A DNA stretch of 60,446 nt. Source: an uncultured Dorea sp. GTDB taxonomy: Bacteria; Bacillota; Clostridia; Lachnospirales; Lachnospiraceae. The notes below the pieces were generated by a model, which worked only from the letters and a program-made list of their open reading frames with translations, did not search any database and was not told the origin of the DNA. The stretch lies in contig CATLEM010000001.1 of NCBI GenBank assembly GCA_949916155.1, positions 1 through 60,446 on the forward strand, read 5' to 3'. Made by a program: the position numbers and the translations under genes. Shown here piece after piece: positions 28,205-36,762 of this stretch (position 1 is its first letter; each line of letters opens with the position of its first letter).

Positions 28205-31200
28205 TCACTTACCTTTTTTTACGGTATATTTACGAATGGTCTTTTTTACAATTCTTTTTGTATTTTTATCTCTGACATATCCGTACAGTATATATTTCCC
28301 AGGAGCCTTAGGACGCCAGTTTACGGCTTTTTTCGAACTGTACTTGCGGATTCTCTTTATTTTCTTCGTGCCGTATTTTTTGTATGCAAACTGATATTGG
28401 TACTTTTTCGTTCCTCCTGACGCTTTTATGGTCAGTTTAACTTTTCGCCCCGCCCTGGCTTTTTTGCTGGAAGGCGACGCCTTAAAACGGCTGACCTTAA
28501 GTTTCTCATTTACTGCATATCCAGATACCGTTTTCTCTGCGATTGTTCCTTTTCCATCTTTTGCATAAACTGTAACACTGTATTTTCCGGCTTTTTTAGG
28601 CTTCCACGCTGCGGACCCGGATGCGGAATAATTTTGAATCACAGTAGAGGAACCGCTCTTTACAGAAAAGCAATATTGAATCGCTCCTGATCCGCCTGTT
28701 GCACGAACCGAAATGAAAATGTTATCACCAGCCTGCGCTGTGCCGCTTACTTTATCTATGGTCAGATTTGTGATTTTTAATTCCTTTTCCGGCTGCAGCG
28801 GTTCATCTTGAGGCGGCTCCTCACCCGGCTCATCCGGCTTTTTTCCTGGCTCGTCTGGAGCTTTGCCTGGCTCATCCGGCTCTTTTCCTGGCTCATCCGG
28901 TTCCTTACCCGGATCATCCGGCTCCTTGCCGCTTTCTTCCAAAACTGCCGTGATCGCTTTTTTCAAAGCTCTGACTGACTGGTTGACCGTCACCTGTGAC
29001 GCATCCGGATTGTGATAAACCATATCCGCATCATCATATGATTTTTGAAGCTCCGCCAGATTTTTATTGTCCGGATTTTCCTGTATCACGTTTTTCGCCC
29101 TGGCAATCTGTTCTTGCAATGCCGTCTTATCCGGTTCTGGAACACTGCCCCCTGCTTCTCCCTGTTTTGTGCACGCTTTGACAGCGTATACCAAATCTTC
29201 TTCTTTACTCTGGTATTCCTCTGCGCTGTGTACGGACTTCATTAATTCTTCCGCTTCAGAGATAACCGTCTTTAAATCAGCCGACGCTTCTGCCTCATAG
29301 TTCGCTGAATCTTGTTCCGCTTCCGCAAGCCTTGCTTCTGCCTTTTTTAATGCATCCGCAAATCCATTTTTTGCTGCGGCTTCATTGTCGATATTCTCAC
29401 GTGCTTCCTTCAAACTCTGTAACGCTGCCTGTATTTTTGCGTCATCTGTCTCTTTTTTATCAACTGTTTCTCTCGCATTTGTTAAAGCTTCCTCAAATGC
29501 CCGCCAGACTTCTTCCGTAAAATCTTTTTCCTGATAGTTCTTTTCTTCTGCCTGCCGTATCTGCTCCTTTAATTCAGACGTTTTTTCTGTAACAGTGATG
29601 GTTACGGTTTTTGCTGCAGTAGTTCTCCCATCACTTGCAGTCAGTGTCACGGTATATTCGCCTGCAGCCGGATCCTCCCATGTAAACGTCCCTGTTGCTC
29701 CATCAAAAGAAGCTCCCTCTGGAATTCCTTCTGCGTTCAGCGTCACGGCATCCCCGTCCGGATCTGATGTTTGCACTGTAAATGAAAGTCTCTCGCCTGC
29801 CCTGACACAAAACGATGTGTCACAGGTAATCACCGGCGGTTCATTCTGCGCAATATGATTTTTATCAAATGTATCTTTCGGCACTGCTACCATAAGGGAT
29901 TTTCCCGGTACAACTATGTCAGCACCTGATTCACTGATTTTTTCCAGACCTGCCCTCGTTCCATCTGCTACAATCACCCAATTATCTGAACCTGTAAGGG
30001 AAACGGTCTCATCAGATACCCCATTGTTCATCAGCACTGCGATCCGGTTCCACTCGCCGGGCACATCGTTCGTTTCGTAAAATGCAGTCATCCCGGATTC
30101 CTCTTTGCTGATCCATTCGATATTATTATTCTCCGGATTCCAATTATCAGCGCTTCTTTTCAAAACAGATCGGAAACCGGAAAACGCTTTGCGGATGCGG
30201 ATCATTCCCTGATAGTATTTCTGAATATCCGAATAGGTACTGACTCTGTTCCAGTCAATTTTATTTACCGAATCCGGAGAAGCACAGCTATTACTCTCCC
30301 CGTTTTTTGTTCTGGCAAATTCTTCTCCTGCCTGCATGAGCACGCCGCCCTTGGATACAAGAACAACGCTTCCTGCCAGTTTATTCATTTTGATCATCTG
30401 ATTGTCAACAGATGAAAAGTCTTTTCCAAGCCCTTCCGTCAGTTTATCCCAGAGCGTAAGGTTATCATGGGAGGACACATAGCTTAAGCAGCAGTTCGAT
30501 GATTTGGACCAGAACGGGCGCCACATACCCCATTCACCGCTGGTATAGCCTACAGACCCCATGATCCCGCCAAATACATTGTTCGGCCATTTCACATTTG
30601 GCTCCAGATATTCGCCGTCAAAATAATTGGTCTGCACCAGACCGATCGTTCCGTCATACGTATCTCCGCCTTTTAACGCCTCTTTGATCTGCTCATTATA
30701 GTACCCGATTCCATAATCTAACTTCGTTTCATTTGCCTTATGCGCGCTAGTAGAACCGTATATGTCATCGCCGGTCCGGCCTTCTCCATACAGTACGATC
30801 GTATTTTTGCCAAACTTGCCATCCAGCGCTTTTCGGATCTGATTCATGGTAGTCACGTCATGTATTCCCATAAGGTCAAACCGGAAACCGTCCAGATTAT
30901 ATTCTTCCGCCCAATAAGAAACGGAATCAATCATAAACTTACGGAACATGGTGCTTTCACTTCTGGTGGCATTGCCATAGCCGGACTGGTCATTATATGA
31001 CAAGTCACTGTTAACCTTATAATAATAGTCCGGCATAATTTTATTGAAATTAGAATCTTTGGCATCTACCGTATGGCTGTAAGCAACGTCCATAATTACC
31101 TTTATGCCCGCATCATGCAACGCCTGTATCATTTCTTTCATTTCTGTGATACGGACATTTCCGTTATATGGATCACTGGAATAGGATCCCTCCGGAACAT

Positions 31201-31993
31201 TGTAATTCTTCGGGTCATAGCCCCAGCTATAATTACTTTCGGAACCTGCGCCGGCGTTTGCCTCATCTATCGATGCAAAATCATACATCGGGAGAAGCTG
31301 TACATGGGTTACCCCCAGTTCTTTTAAGTAATCCACACAGGATGCCGCTCTTCCTTCTCCGCCGACGGTGGTTTTTTCCGTGAAAGCTTTATATTTCCCG
31401 CGATTTTCCTCTGACACACCAGAACTTACATCAATCGAAAAATCCCTGATATGGACTTCCCATACGATGATATCGCTGAGCAGCGTCTCTTCTCTCTTAT
31501 AGTTTTTATCCCAATGCTTAGGATCTGTACTGTCCAAATCCACTACCATAGCTCTGTCGCCATTTATCCCTGCCGCTTTTGCGTAAGGGTCAACGGCCTC
31601 TTGGGCAGTTCCATTAACCGTTACCTTGTAGGTATAATATGTATTTACGATGTCTCCCGCAACTTCCGTACTCCACACGCCCTTGTCGCCTTTCGTCATA
31701 GGCGTCTCGCTTACGGCACTGCCGCCGCTGCCCTCTTCATATCTGCAGAGCACAACCGAAGACGCTTCCGGCGACCATACTTTAAATGTGGTTTTTTCGG
31801 GCGTATACGTGCATCCCAGATCGTCCCCGCTGTAAGCATTTTCCGTATCATAACTGCTGTCAAATGAACGTTGGGCATATACCTCCTCCCCTGCATTTAT
31901 TTCCGTGGGCGGAACTACGCCTATAACAGAAACAGCCACTGCACTGGCAAGAAAACAACTAAATATTTTTCTTTTTATAACATTTTTTATCAT
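28205..31993 (-). CDS. pulA: Secreted modular type I pullulanase-like GH13 (CBM48, catalytic domain, Ig-like, FIVAR-like repeats, Pro-rich linker, C-terminal beta-sandwich repeats)
   Basis: Signal-like N-terminus from ATG 31993 (AGGAG RBS); TTFKVWSP, YSWGYDP, GFRFDLMG, YGEG, SHDN; EPDEPGK repeats. Confidence 0.88.
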   Translation of the reverse strand: MIKNVIKRKIFSCFLASAVAVSVIGVVPPTEINAGEEVYAQRSFDSSYDTENAYSGDDLGCTYTPEKTTFKVWSPEASSVVLCRYEEGSGGSAVSETPMTKGDKGVWSTEVAGDIVNTYYTYKVTVNGTAQEAVDPYAKAAGINGDRAMVVDLDSTDPKHWDKNYKREETLLSDIIVWEVHIRDFSIDVSSGVSEENRGKYKAFTEKTTVGGEGRAASCVDYLKELGVTHVQLLPMYDFASIDEANAGAGSESNYSWGYDPKNYNVPEGSYSSDPYNGNVRITEMKEMIQALHDAGIKVIMDVAYSHTVDAKDSNFNKIMPDYYYKVNSDLSYNDQSGYGNATRSESTMFRKFMIDSVSYWAEEYNLDGFRFDLMGIHDVTTMNQIRKALDGKFGKNTIVLYGEGRTGDDIYGSTSAHKANETKLDYGIGYYNEQIKEALKGGDTYDGTIGLVQTNYFDGEYLEPNVKWPNNVFGGIMGSVGYTSGEWGMWRPFWSKSSNCCLSYVSSHDNLTLWDKLTEGLGKDFSSVDNQMIKMNKLAGSVVLVSKGGVLMQAGEEFARTKNGESNSCASPDSVNKIDWNRVSTYSDIQKYYQGMIRIRKAFSGFRSVLKRSADNWNPENNNIEWISKEESGMTAFYETNDVPGEWNRIAVLMNNGVSDETVSLTGSDNWVIVADGTRAGLEKISESGADIVVPGKSLMVAVPKDTFDKNHIAQNEPPVITCDTSFCVRAGERLSFTVQTSDPDGDAVTLNAEGIPEGASFDGATGTFTWEDPAAGEYTVTLTASDGRTTAAKTVTITVTEKTSELKEQIRQAEEKNYQEKDFTEEVWRAFEEALTNARETVDKKETDDAKIQAALQSLKEARENIDNEAAAKNGFADALKKAEARLAEAEQDSANYEAEASADLKTVISEAEELMKSVHSAEEYQSKEEDLVYAVKACTKQGEAGGSVPEPDKTALQEQIARAKNVIQENPDNKNLAELQKSYDDADMVYHNPDASQVTVNQSVRALKKAITAVLEESGKEPDDPGKEPDEPGKEPDEPGKAPDEPGKKPDEPGEEPPQDEPLQPEKELKITNLTIDKVSGTAQAGDNIFISVRATGGSGAIQYCFSVKSGSSTVIQNYSASGSAAWKPKKAGKYSVTVYAKDGKGTIAEKTVSGYAVNEKLKVSRFKASPSSKKARAGRKVKLTIKASGGTKKYQYQFAYKKYGTKKIKRIRKYSSKKAVNWRPKAPGKYILYGYVRDKNTKRIVKKTIRKYTVKKGK
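28800..28930 (-). repeat. 21-bp coding repeats (EPDEPGK) in the pullulanase linker
   Basis: KEPDDPG KEPDEPG KEPDEPG KAPDEPG KKPDEPG. Confidence 0.85.
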
Positions 31994-32044
31994 TTTTCTC
32001 TCCTCGTTATTCCATCTTTTTGCTGTTTCACTAACTTCATACTC

Positions 32045-32091
32045 TTTCCAATTTGGGTACTTTTCTTGATTTCCCTCTCTTTTCATGCTAT
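32045..32091 (+). repeat. Direct repeat, copy A (47 bp)
   Basis: TTTCCAATTTGGGTACTTTTCTTGATTTCCCTCTCTTTTCATGCTAT; 43 of 47 positions match 33441-33486 by manual alignment. Confidence 0.85.
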
Positions 32092-32265
32092 CTGAAGCTT
32101 CGCAAGCTGCTCCACATCTTCAACATTAAGCCCAGAATATTTTGCAATCTTATCAATTGATAATTCTCCGTCCTGCAGCATCCTCAACACTGTTTCCTTC
32201 TTCGTCTCATTCTCTGCTTCATTTTTTAATCTTCTTGCACTTGTTTCCAGCAATGCTCCACCCAT
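32083..32265 (-). CDS. Rpn/YhgA-type C-terminal fragment (60 aa)
   Basis: MGGALLETSARRLKNEAENETKKETVLRMLQDGELSIDKIAKYSGLNVEDVEQL; AGGTGA RBS; nuclease domain absent. Confidence 0.6.
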   Translation of the reverse strand: MGGALLETSARRLKNEAENETKKETVLRMLQDGELSIDKIAKYSGLNVEDVEQLAKLQIA

Positions 32266-32274
32266 AATATCACC

Positions 32275-32603
32275 TACACCTTTCTGTATATTTTGAAAAT
32301 AGCCATACCACGTCTTCTTTTTCAAAAATTCATGCTACGGGAGAAAGACAAAATTAACTACGGCAAAATATTTCATCGCCAATCTCGTTATAATTTAATC
32401 CAAGCCATCATCATATTTTTTACCTTCATACGGTCACATCCTGTAAGCAAAACAATATCCACATCAGAATCCTTCGTATAATCGCCCCTGGCACAGGATC
32501 CATACAAGATCACTGCCCATGAGCTTACGTGTTAAATCGAACACATCTATCTTTATCTTAGAAATAATCTCATTCGTCAATATAATATCTTCCATTATGT
32601 CAT
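32275..32603 (-). pseudogene. Degraded minimal nucleotidyltransferase (MNT)
   Basis: Minus-strand fragment VILYGSCARGDYTKDSDVDIVLL at ~32440-32513, flanked by stops and frameshifts. RBS+ATG at 32603 is followed by an early TAA. Confidence 0.8.
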
Positions 32604-32610
32604 ATGCCTC

Positions 32611-32830
32611 CTACCACGTTTTATCAGAACCAAAGCAAGACGGAAAATAAGATTTCGCCCTTATAAATGTCTCAACTGTATCCAAAAATTCCTCTGCCCT
32701 TTCATATTGTTCCTTTGCATCCTGTAATGACACAAGAAAAAAATCTGCAAAATCTGAATTATTTCTTATCTGAAAAGCCTGACTTATATATTGGGAATAT
32801 TTTCACTAAATCTTTCCTTACATCAGGCAA
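32611..32830 (-). pseudogene. Internally deleted HEPN domain gene
   Basis: Start MPDVRKDLVK is joined out of frame to KYSQYISQAFQIRNNSDFADFFLVSLQDAKEQYERAEEFL, an RxxxD(Y/F)-type HEPN C-terminal half. Overlaps the MNT stop. Confidence 0.7.
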
Positions 32831-33164
32831 CTATACCCACTCCTTCACTCTGTATATTTTTATAATACGGTAAATCATTCTTATATCTTTCAAATTCCTC
32901 ATAAGGAATCACCGTAGGCGAAACAAGCGTTCCATATTCTAACTCTAAATCAGACGATATATCCCACACCTGCTTTAATCCTTCCTGTAATACAGCCCTC
33001 TCTCCTTGCACGATCGCTGCAATATCTATGTCCGAATCATGATCATAATCGCCGCGTGCATACGAACCATAAAGGATGATTTTTACAATATTCTCTCCAT
33101 ACACCGAGCGGTACGCCTTTACCATCTTCTGTAAAATCATATCTAACTCATTTTTTGTACACAT
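32823..33164 (-). CDS. Minimal nucleotidyltransferase (MntA-like antitoxin)
   Basis: IILYGSYARGDYDHDSDIDIA (GSx10DxD), ending YYKNIQSEG. Confidence 0.92.
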   Translation of the reverse strand: MCTKNELDMILQKMVKAYRSVYGENIVKIILYGSYARGDYDHDSDIDIAAIVQGERAVLQEGLKQVWDISSDLELEYGTLVSPTVIPYEEFERYKNDLPYYKNIQSEGVGIVA

Positions 33165-33440
33165 GTGCTATTCCTTCCTTTAGTCTGAGAATAAATATCC
33201 AACTACACTCTTTCTTTTTATTATACTCTATTCCCATTCATTCCACAATTAATTGTTGCCATTTATGATTCCCTGAATCATTGCCATCAAACCAAACGTC
33301 TTTTCTTATATTCACCATCCGCTGCCGATAGTCCGGAACATCACCTGACTGAAACCACTGTAAAATAATATTTTTATTTATTACACACCTGCCCGGTATG
33401 ACTATTATTTTCTCTATCCCAGTTAATAAATATCTAGAAT

Positions 33441-33489
33441 TTTCCAATTTGGTATTTTTCTTGATTTTCCTCTCTCTTCATGCTATACT
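33441..33489 (+). promoter_or_regulatory. Sigma-A promoter of the preQ1/queT transcript; also direct repeat copy B (33441-33486)
   Basis: TTGATT-N17-TATACT with extended -10 TG. Confidence 0.7.
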
Positions 33490-33646
33490 AACCATCGTTG
33501 CAAAGCCCTCTACACGCAGCCTGCCACTGGCAGCCAGCTTTGTATGCTAAGGCAAAACCAAGGTCTTATGGGGCTTTCCGCCGATTCCCGGCGTTATGGG
33601 AAGATACAACAGACATCCGCTGGAAGTCTTTTGTATCCGCTTAAGC

Positions 33647-33690
33647 GCGTGAGTTCGAGACCTTCCTCACGTAAAACAAAACTAAAGGAG
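33647..33690 (+). ncRNA. preQ1-I riboswitch
   Basis: CGTGAG-TTCGAGACCTTC-CTCACG stem-loop followed by A-rich TAAAACAAAACTAA running into the AAGGAG RBS of queT. Confidence 0.85.
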
Positions 33691-33699
33691 AACAAAACT

Positions 33700-34194
33700 A
33701 TGAAGAACAAAAACGTAACTTTCTTAACCCAGGCGGCGATGATTGCCGCCATCTATGTCGTGCTGACTCTTCTTTTCCGGCCGTTTTCTTTCGGCGAGAT
33801 CCAGGTACGTATTGCAGAAGCTCTGACTATACTTCCGCTGTTCACTCCCGCCGCTGTACCGGGAGTCTTTGTCGGCTGCCTGATCGCCAACATCATCGGC
33901 GGCGGCATATTGCCGGATATTATCTTTGGAAGTCTGGCAACACTTATCGGAGCTGTACTTACTTATCGTCTGAGAGATGCAAGTCCAGTCCTCGGACCGG
34001 TCCCTCCCATCGCAGCCAACACGATCATCGTGCCCTTCGTGCTGTTCTACGGATACGGTGTCAATCTTCCGATTCCGTTTATGATGCTGACTGTCGGTAT
34101 CGGAGAGGTTCTGTCCTGCGGAGTACTGGGCCTGATATTATATTCTGCACTGAAAAGATATCAGACAATCCTGTTCCGCCCGACACCCGTCTGA
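33700..34194 (+). CDS. queT: QueT family queuosine-precursor transporter (ECF S component)
   Basis: AAMIAAIYVVLT...FGEIQVRIAEALTILP...DIIFGSLAT. Start reassigned to ATG 33700 after the riboswitch and RBS. Confidence 0.92.
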   Translation: MKNKNVTFLTQAAMIAAIYVVLTLLFRPFSFGEIQVRIAEALTILPLFTPAAVPGVFVGCLIANIIGGGILPDIIFGSLATLIGAVLTYRLRDASPVLGPVPPIAANTIIVPFVLFYGYGVNLPIPFMMLTVGIGEVLSCGVLGLILYSALKRYQTILFRPTPV

Positions 34195-34250
34195 TATATG
34201 CAAATGTATCAGAACCAACAGGTTCTGTGATACATGCCATAACGATAGCC

Positions 34251-34285
34251 AAAAAGCTTCGGATCTCACATATCCGAAGCTTTTT
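34251..34285. terminator. Bidirectional intrinsic terminator
   Basis: AAAAAGCTTCGGAT-CTCACAT-ATCCGAAGCTTTTT between convergent genes. Confidence 0.88.
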
Positions 34286-34299
34286 AATCGATATTCACC

Positions 34300-36750
34300 T
34301 CACGCAATATACGTATGCCCGCTCTTTTCTGTCATCTTCTCCAGCTCCTTCTGCGTCACTGTATGCCGTTCCCCGCTTTCTGCATCGACATAGATGATCC
34401 GTGTCTCCGTATACCCCACTAAGATCACGGCCTTCCTCGCATCCCTCATGGCAATCACAGGCTTATCCTGACTGATCACATACAGAAGTTCCTCCGGTGT
34501 ACAGCCTGTAAGATCCAAAGCCGCCCTGCTATTAAGCTGCGATATAACGTCCAGCGGTGCTGTGCCTGCATTCAGCTGCTTTCTCATATCCCCAATCAGC
34601 ACATTCTTTTCCGCGATGGTATACCTGAGCTTCCGGTTTCCCCGCTCCCAAATATATTCTAATGCCTGGGACACTACTACTCCGTTATACTGATCAGCAA
34701 GCTGCACTGCTTCTCCTGCCCTCTCGACAAGTCCTTTAAGCTCTCCGTATCCGTACACCAGATAATGCTCAGCCTCTTCCTCCTCATCAAAGGAAAATTC
34801 CCTGGACTTTTCAAACAATTCCTGCTTGGGCATCAGTATCTTCGGTTCTTGGTCCTCGATCCCATTCCTGAAGACGATACGCATCTGCCTCTGTTTAAGC
34901 GATGTGGTATAAGCCCCCAGAGAGATATTGCTCTCTTCCTGTTCCTCATTATTCGTGATATATTCCTCGATAATGGGATTATACACATTCCCGCTCTTTG
35001 CCACGCGGTTGAGCGTGATCATACTGCCGTCAAACTGCGCGTTTAAGATATACGCTCCCTCGTTCTCATACGTTTTGACCACTTTTCCTTTGCTGCTCCT
35101 TATCTCGATCCGGTACATCGGTGTAATACTCTCGCCCGACAGAGTGACTCCCGCATCCTCTGCCCGGGTAAGTCCATATACAAAATCTGTATCCATAAAT
35201 CCCAGCGGTTTGATCCCTGTGCCTGCCTCACTCTCCACCGTCCTCTTCTTTCCGGTGGCAAACGTGACGACCGTCGCCTCACCTGCAGGATTTTCCTCTT
35301 TCCCGCTCTGGTACGCCATCCGGGTACCATCATCAGATATCACATACTGTCCCGCTTTCAGGTTATGCGCCAATTCAAACATCCTGCCCTTGCCAAGCTC
35401 GATCTGATACAGCGTACCATCCGCCAACACATACATCGTATCCTGCTCAACACTGTAGCAGATCAGCTGCCCCAGCTCCAGGATCGTATGAGCGTAGGAT
35501 TTTTTTGTGGAGATAAATGCCTTTTCTTCCACACTGTTTTCTTCTATATCATAATAATATACCGCAACACCCACTTCGCCCTCATGCTCGCCCCGGTTCA
35601 TATATCCGAACACAGCAAAAGAAAGATTGCCCTGCTTATCCATATCGAGAAGCTTTATTTTATGCTGCGCGGTCAGATTTCTCTCATCCCTGCCCTCGCC
35701 GGAATTGAAACTGAATACAAGAGACATCTCACTTTTCTCTTTATCATAGTTCCACAGCTCATCCGCCTGCACAAAAGCAACTCTTGTCCCGTCTTCATTA
35801 TCCATATACTGTGTATCCGGATCTGCGATACCGAGAAGTATCCCCTTCTCATTCAGGAATTTCTTCGTCACGTCAAAGATCTGTTCCATCGTCCGGTCAT
35901 AATCCAAAAGCAGAACCTTCTTATTCTCCGCCTTATACCGGATGCGGAAAAATTCTCTGACCTTATACCTGTCTTCCTCGTTTTCCTCGCCTTTTCCGCG
36001 AATCTGATACTGAAGCTGGATAGAACAGGATGTGTCATTGATCTCCTTGATCAGCCAGCGCTCATTGCCCTCCACCTGCGGCTCAAGATCTCCCCATGTC
36101 ACATGCTCGTAATCCGAATGGATCGTTACATGCTGAAGTGTAGAATTATCTCCCGTCTCATCCGGTTCTATGGCAGTTCCGATACCGACGCCCTCCGCTT
36201 TAATCAGTGAATTTTCATGAAAATCCTTAATATAATTCAAGTATTCCAGTACATGCTTTTCCTTTTCATCCACGATTCTTGTATAATAATAGACAGATTT
36301 CCCGCCGGGCATCTCAAGCACGATCTCAAGCACCTTCTCACTGGCGATCATGGAAAGATCCTGCATGGCCACCGACACCGATTCCCCCGGTTCCTTCACC
36401 TCCGCCTCCAGAAGCTTTTCTTTGCCGTCCAGTGAAAATATCCTGCACCGCATATTGCTGATCTCATTGTCATACGGTTCGATCCGTACCTCAATCTTAC
36501 CGTTCGCCACCGGGGTGATCGTATCCCTGAGCGGCCCGATCTCCATCTCCTGCCCGTACCCCGGCACACAGTTCAGTGTATACCCGTTGCTTGAAAAGGA
36601 TACCTGCGGATAAGACGCCGCATCCATATCCGCAGTCATGCTGCCGTTCTCCCGGTTCGTATAATATCCGAATATTACTGTCGCCGCGATAAATATCACG
36701 ATTAAAAGAACTGCTTCCTGTATATATCTCTTAATCTTCCTCTTGTTCAT
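34300..36750 (-). CDS. Membrane-anchored hypothetical protein (816 aa), possible C39-peptidase-like C-terminus
   Basis: Single N-terminal TM helix and a long ORF; C-terminal KPVIAM...AVILVGY...YVD. Confidence 0.7.
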   Translation of the reverse strand: MNKRKIKRYIQEAVLLIVIFIAATVIFGYYTNRENGSMTADMDAASYPQVSFSSNGYTLNCVPGYGQEMEIGPLRDTITPVANGKIEVRIEPYDNEISNMRCRIFSLDGKEKLLEAEVKEPGESVSVAMQDLSMIASEKVLEIVLEMPGGKSVYYYTRIVDEKEKHVLEYLNYIKDFHENSLIKAEGVGIGTAIEPDETGDNSTLQHVTIHSDYEHVTWGDLEPQVEGNERWLIKEINDTSCSIQLQYQIRGKGEENEEDRYKVREFFRIRYKAENKKVLLLDYDRTMEQIFDVTKKFLNEKGILLGIADPDTQYMDNEDGTRVAFVQADELWNYDKEKSEMSLVFSFNSGEGRDERNLTAQHKIKLLDMDKQGNLSFAVFGYMNRGEHEGEVGVAVYYYDIEENSVEEKAFISTKKSYAHTILELGQLICYSVEQDTMYVLADGTLYQIELGKGRMFELAHNLKAGQYVISDDGTRMAYQSGKEENPAGEATVVTFATGKKRTVESEAGTGIKPLGFMDTDFVYGLTRAEDAGVTLSGESITPMYRIEIRSSKGKVVKTYENEGAYILNAQFDGSMITLNRVAKSGNVYNPIIEEYITNNEEQEESNISLGAYTTSLKQRQMRIVFRNGIEDQEPKILMPKQELFEKSREFSFDEEEEAEHYLVYGYGELKGLVERAGEAVQLADQYNGVVVSQALEYIWERGNRKLRYTIAEKNVLIGDMRKQLNAGTAPLDVISQLNSRAALDLTGCTPEELLYVISQDKPVIAMRDARKAVILVGYTETRIIYVDAESGERHTVTQKELEKMTEKSGHTYIA

Positions 36751-36762
36751 TCTCTGCCCCTC

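Noticed and set aside
33238-33447. 69-aa ORF upstream of the MNT gene
   Set aside because: TTG start inside the repeat, no RBS or motif; at most a remnant.
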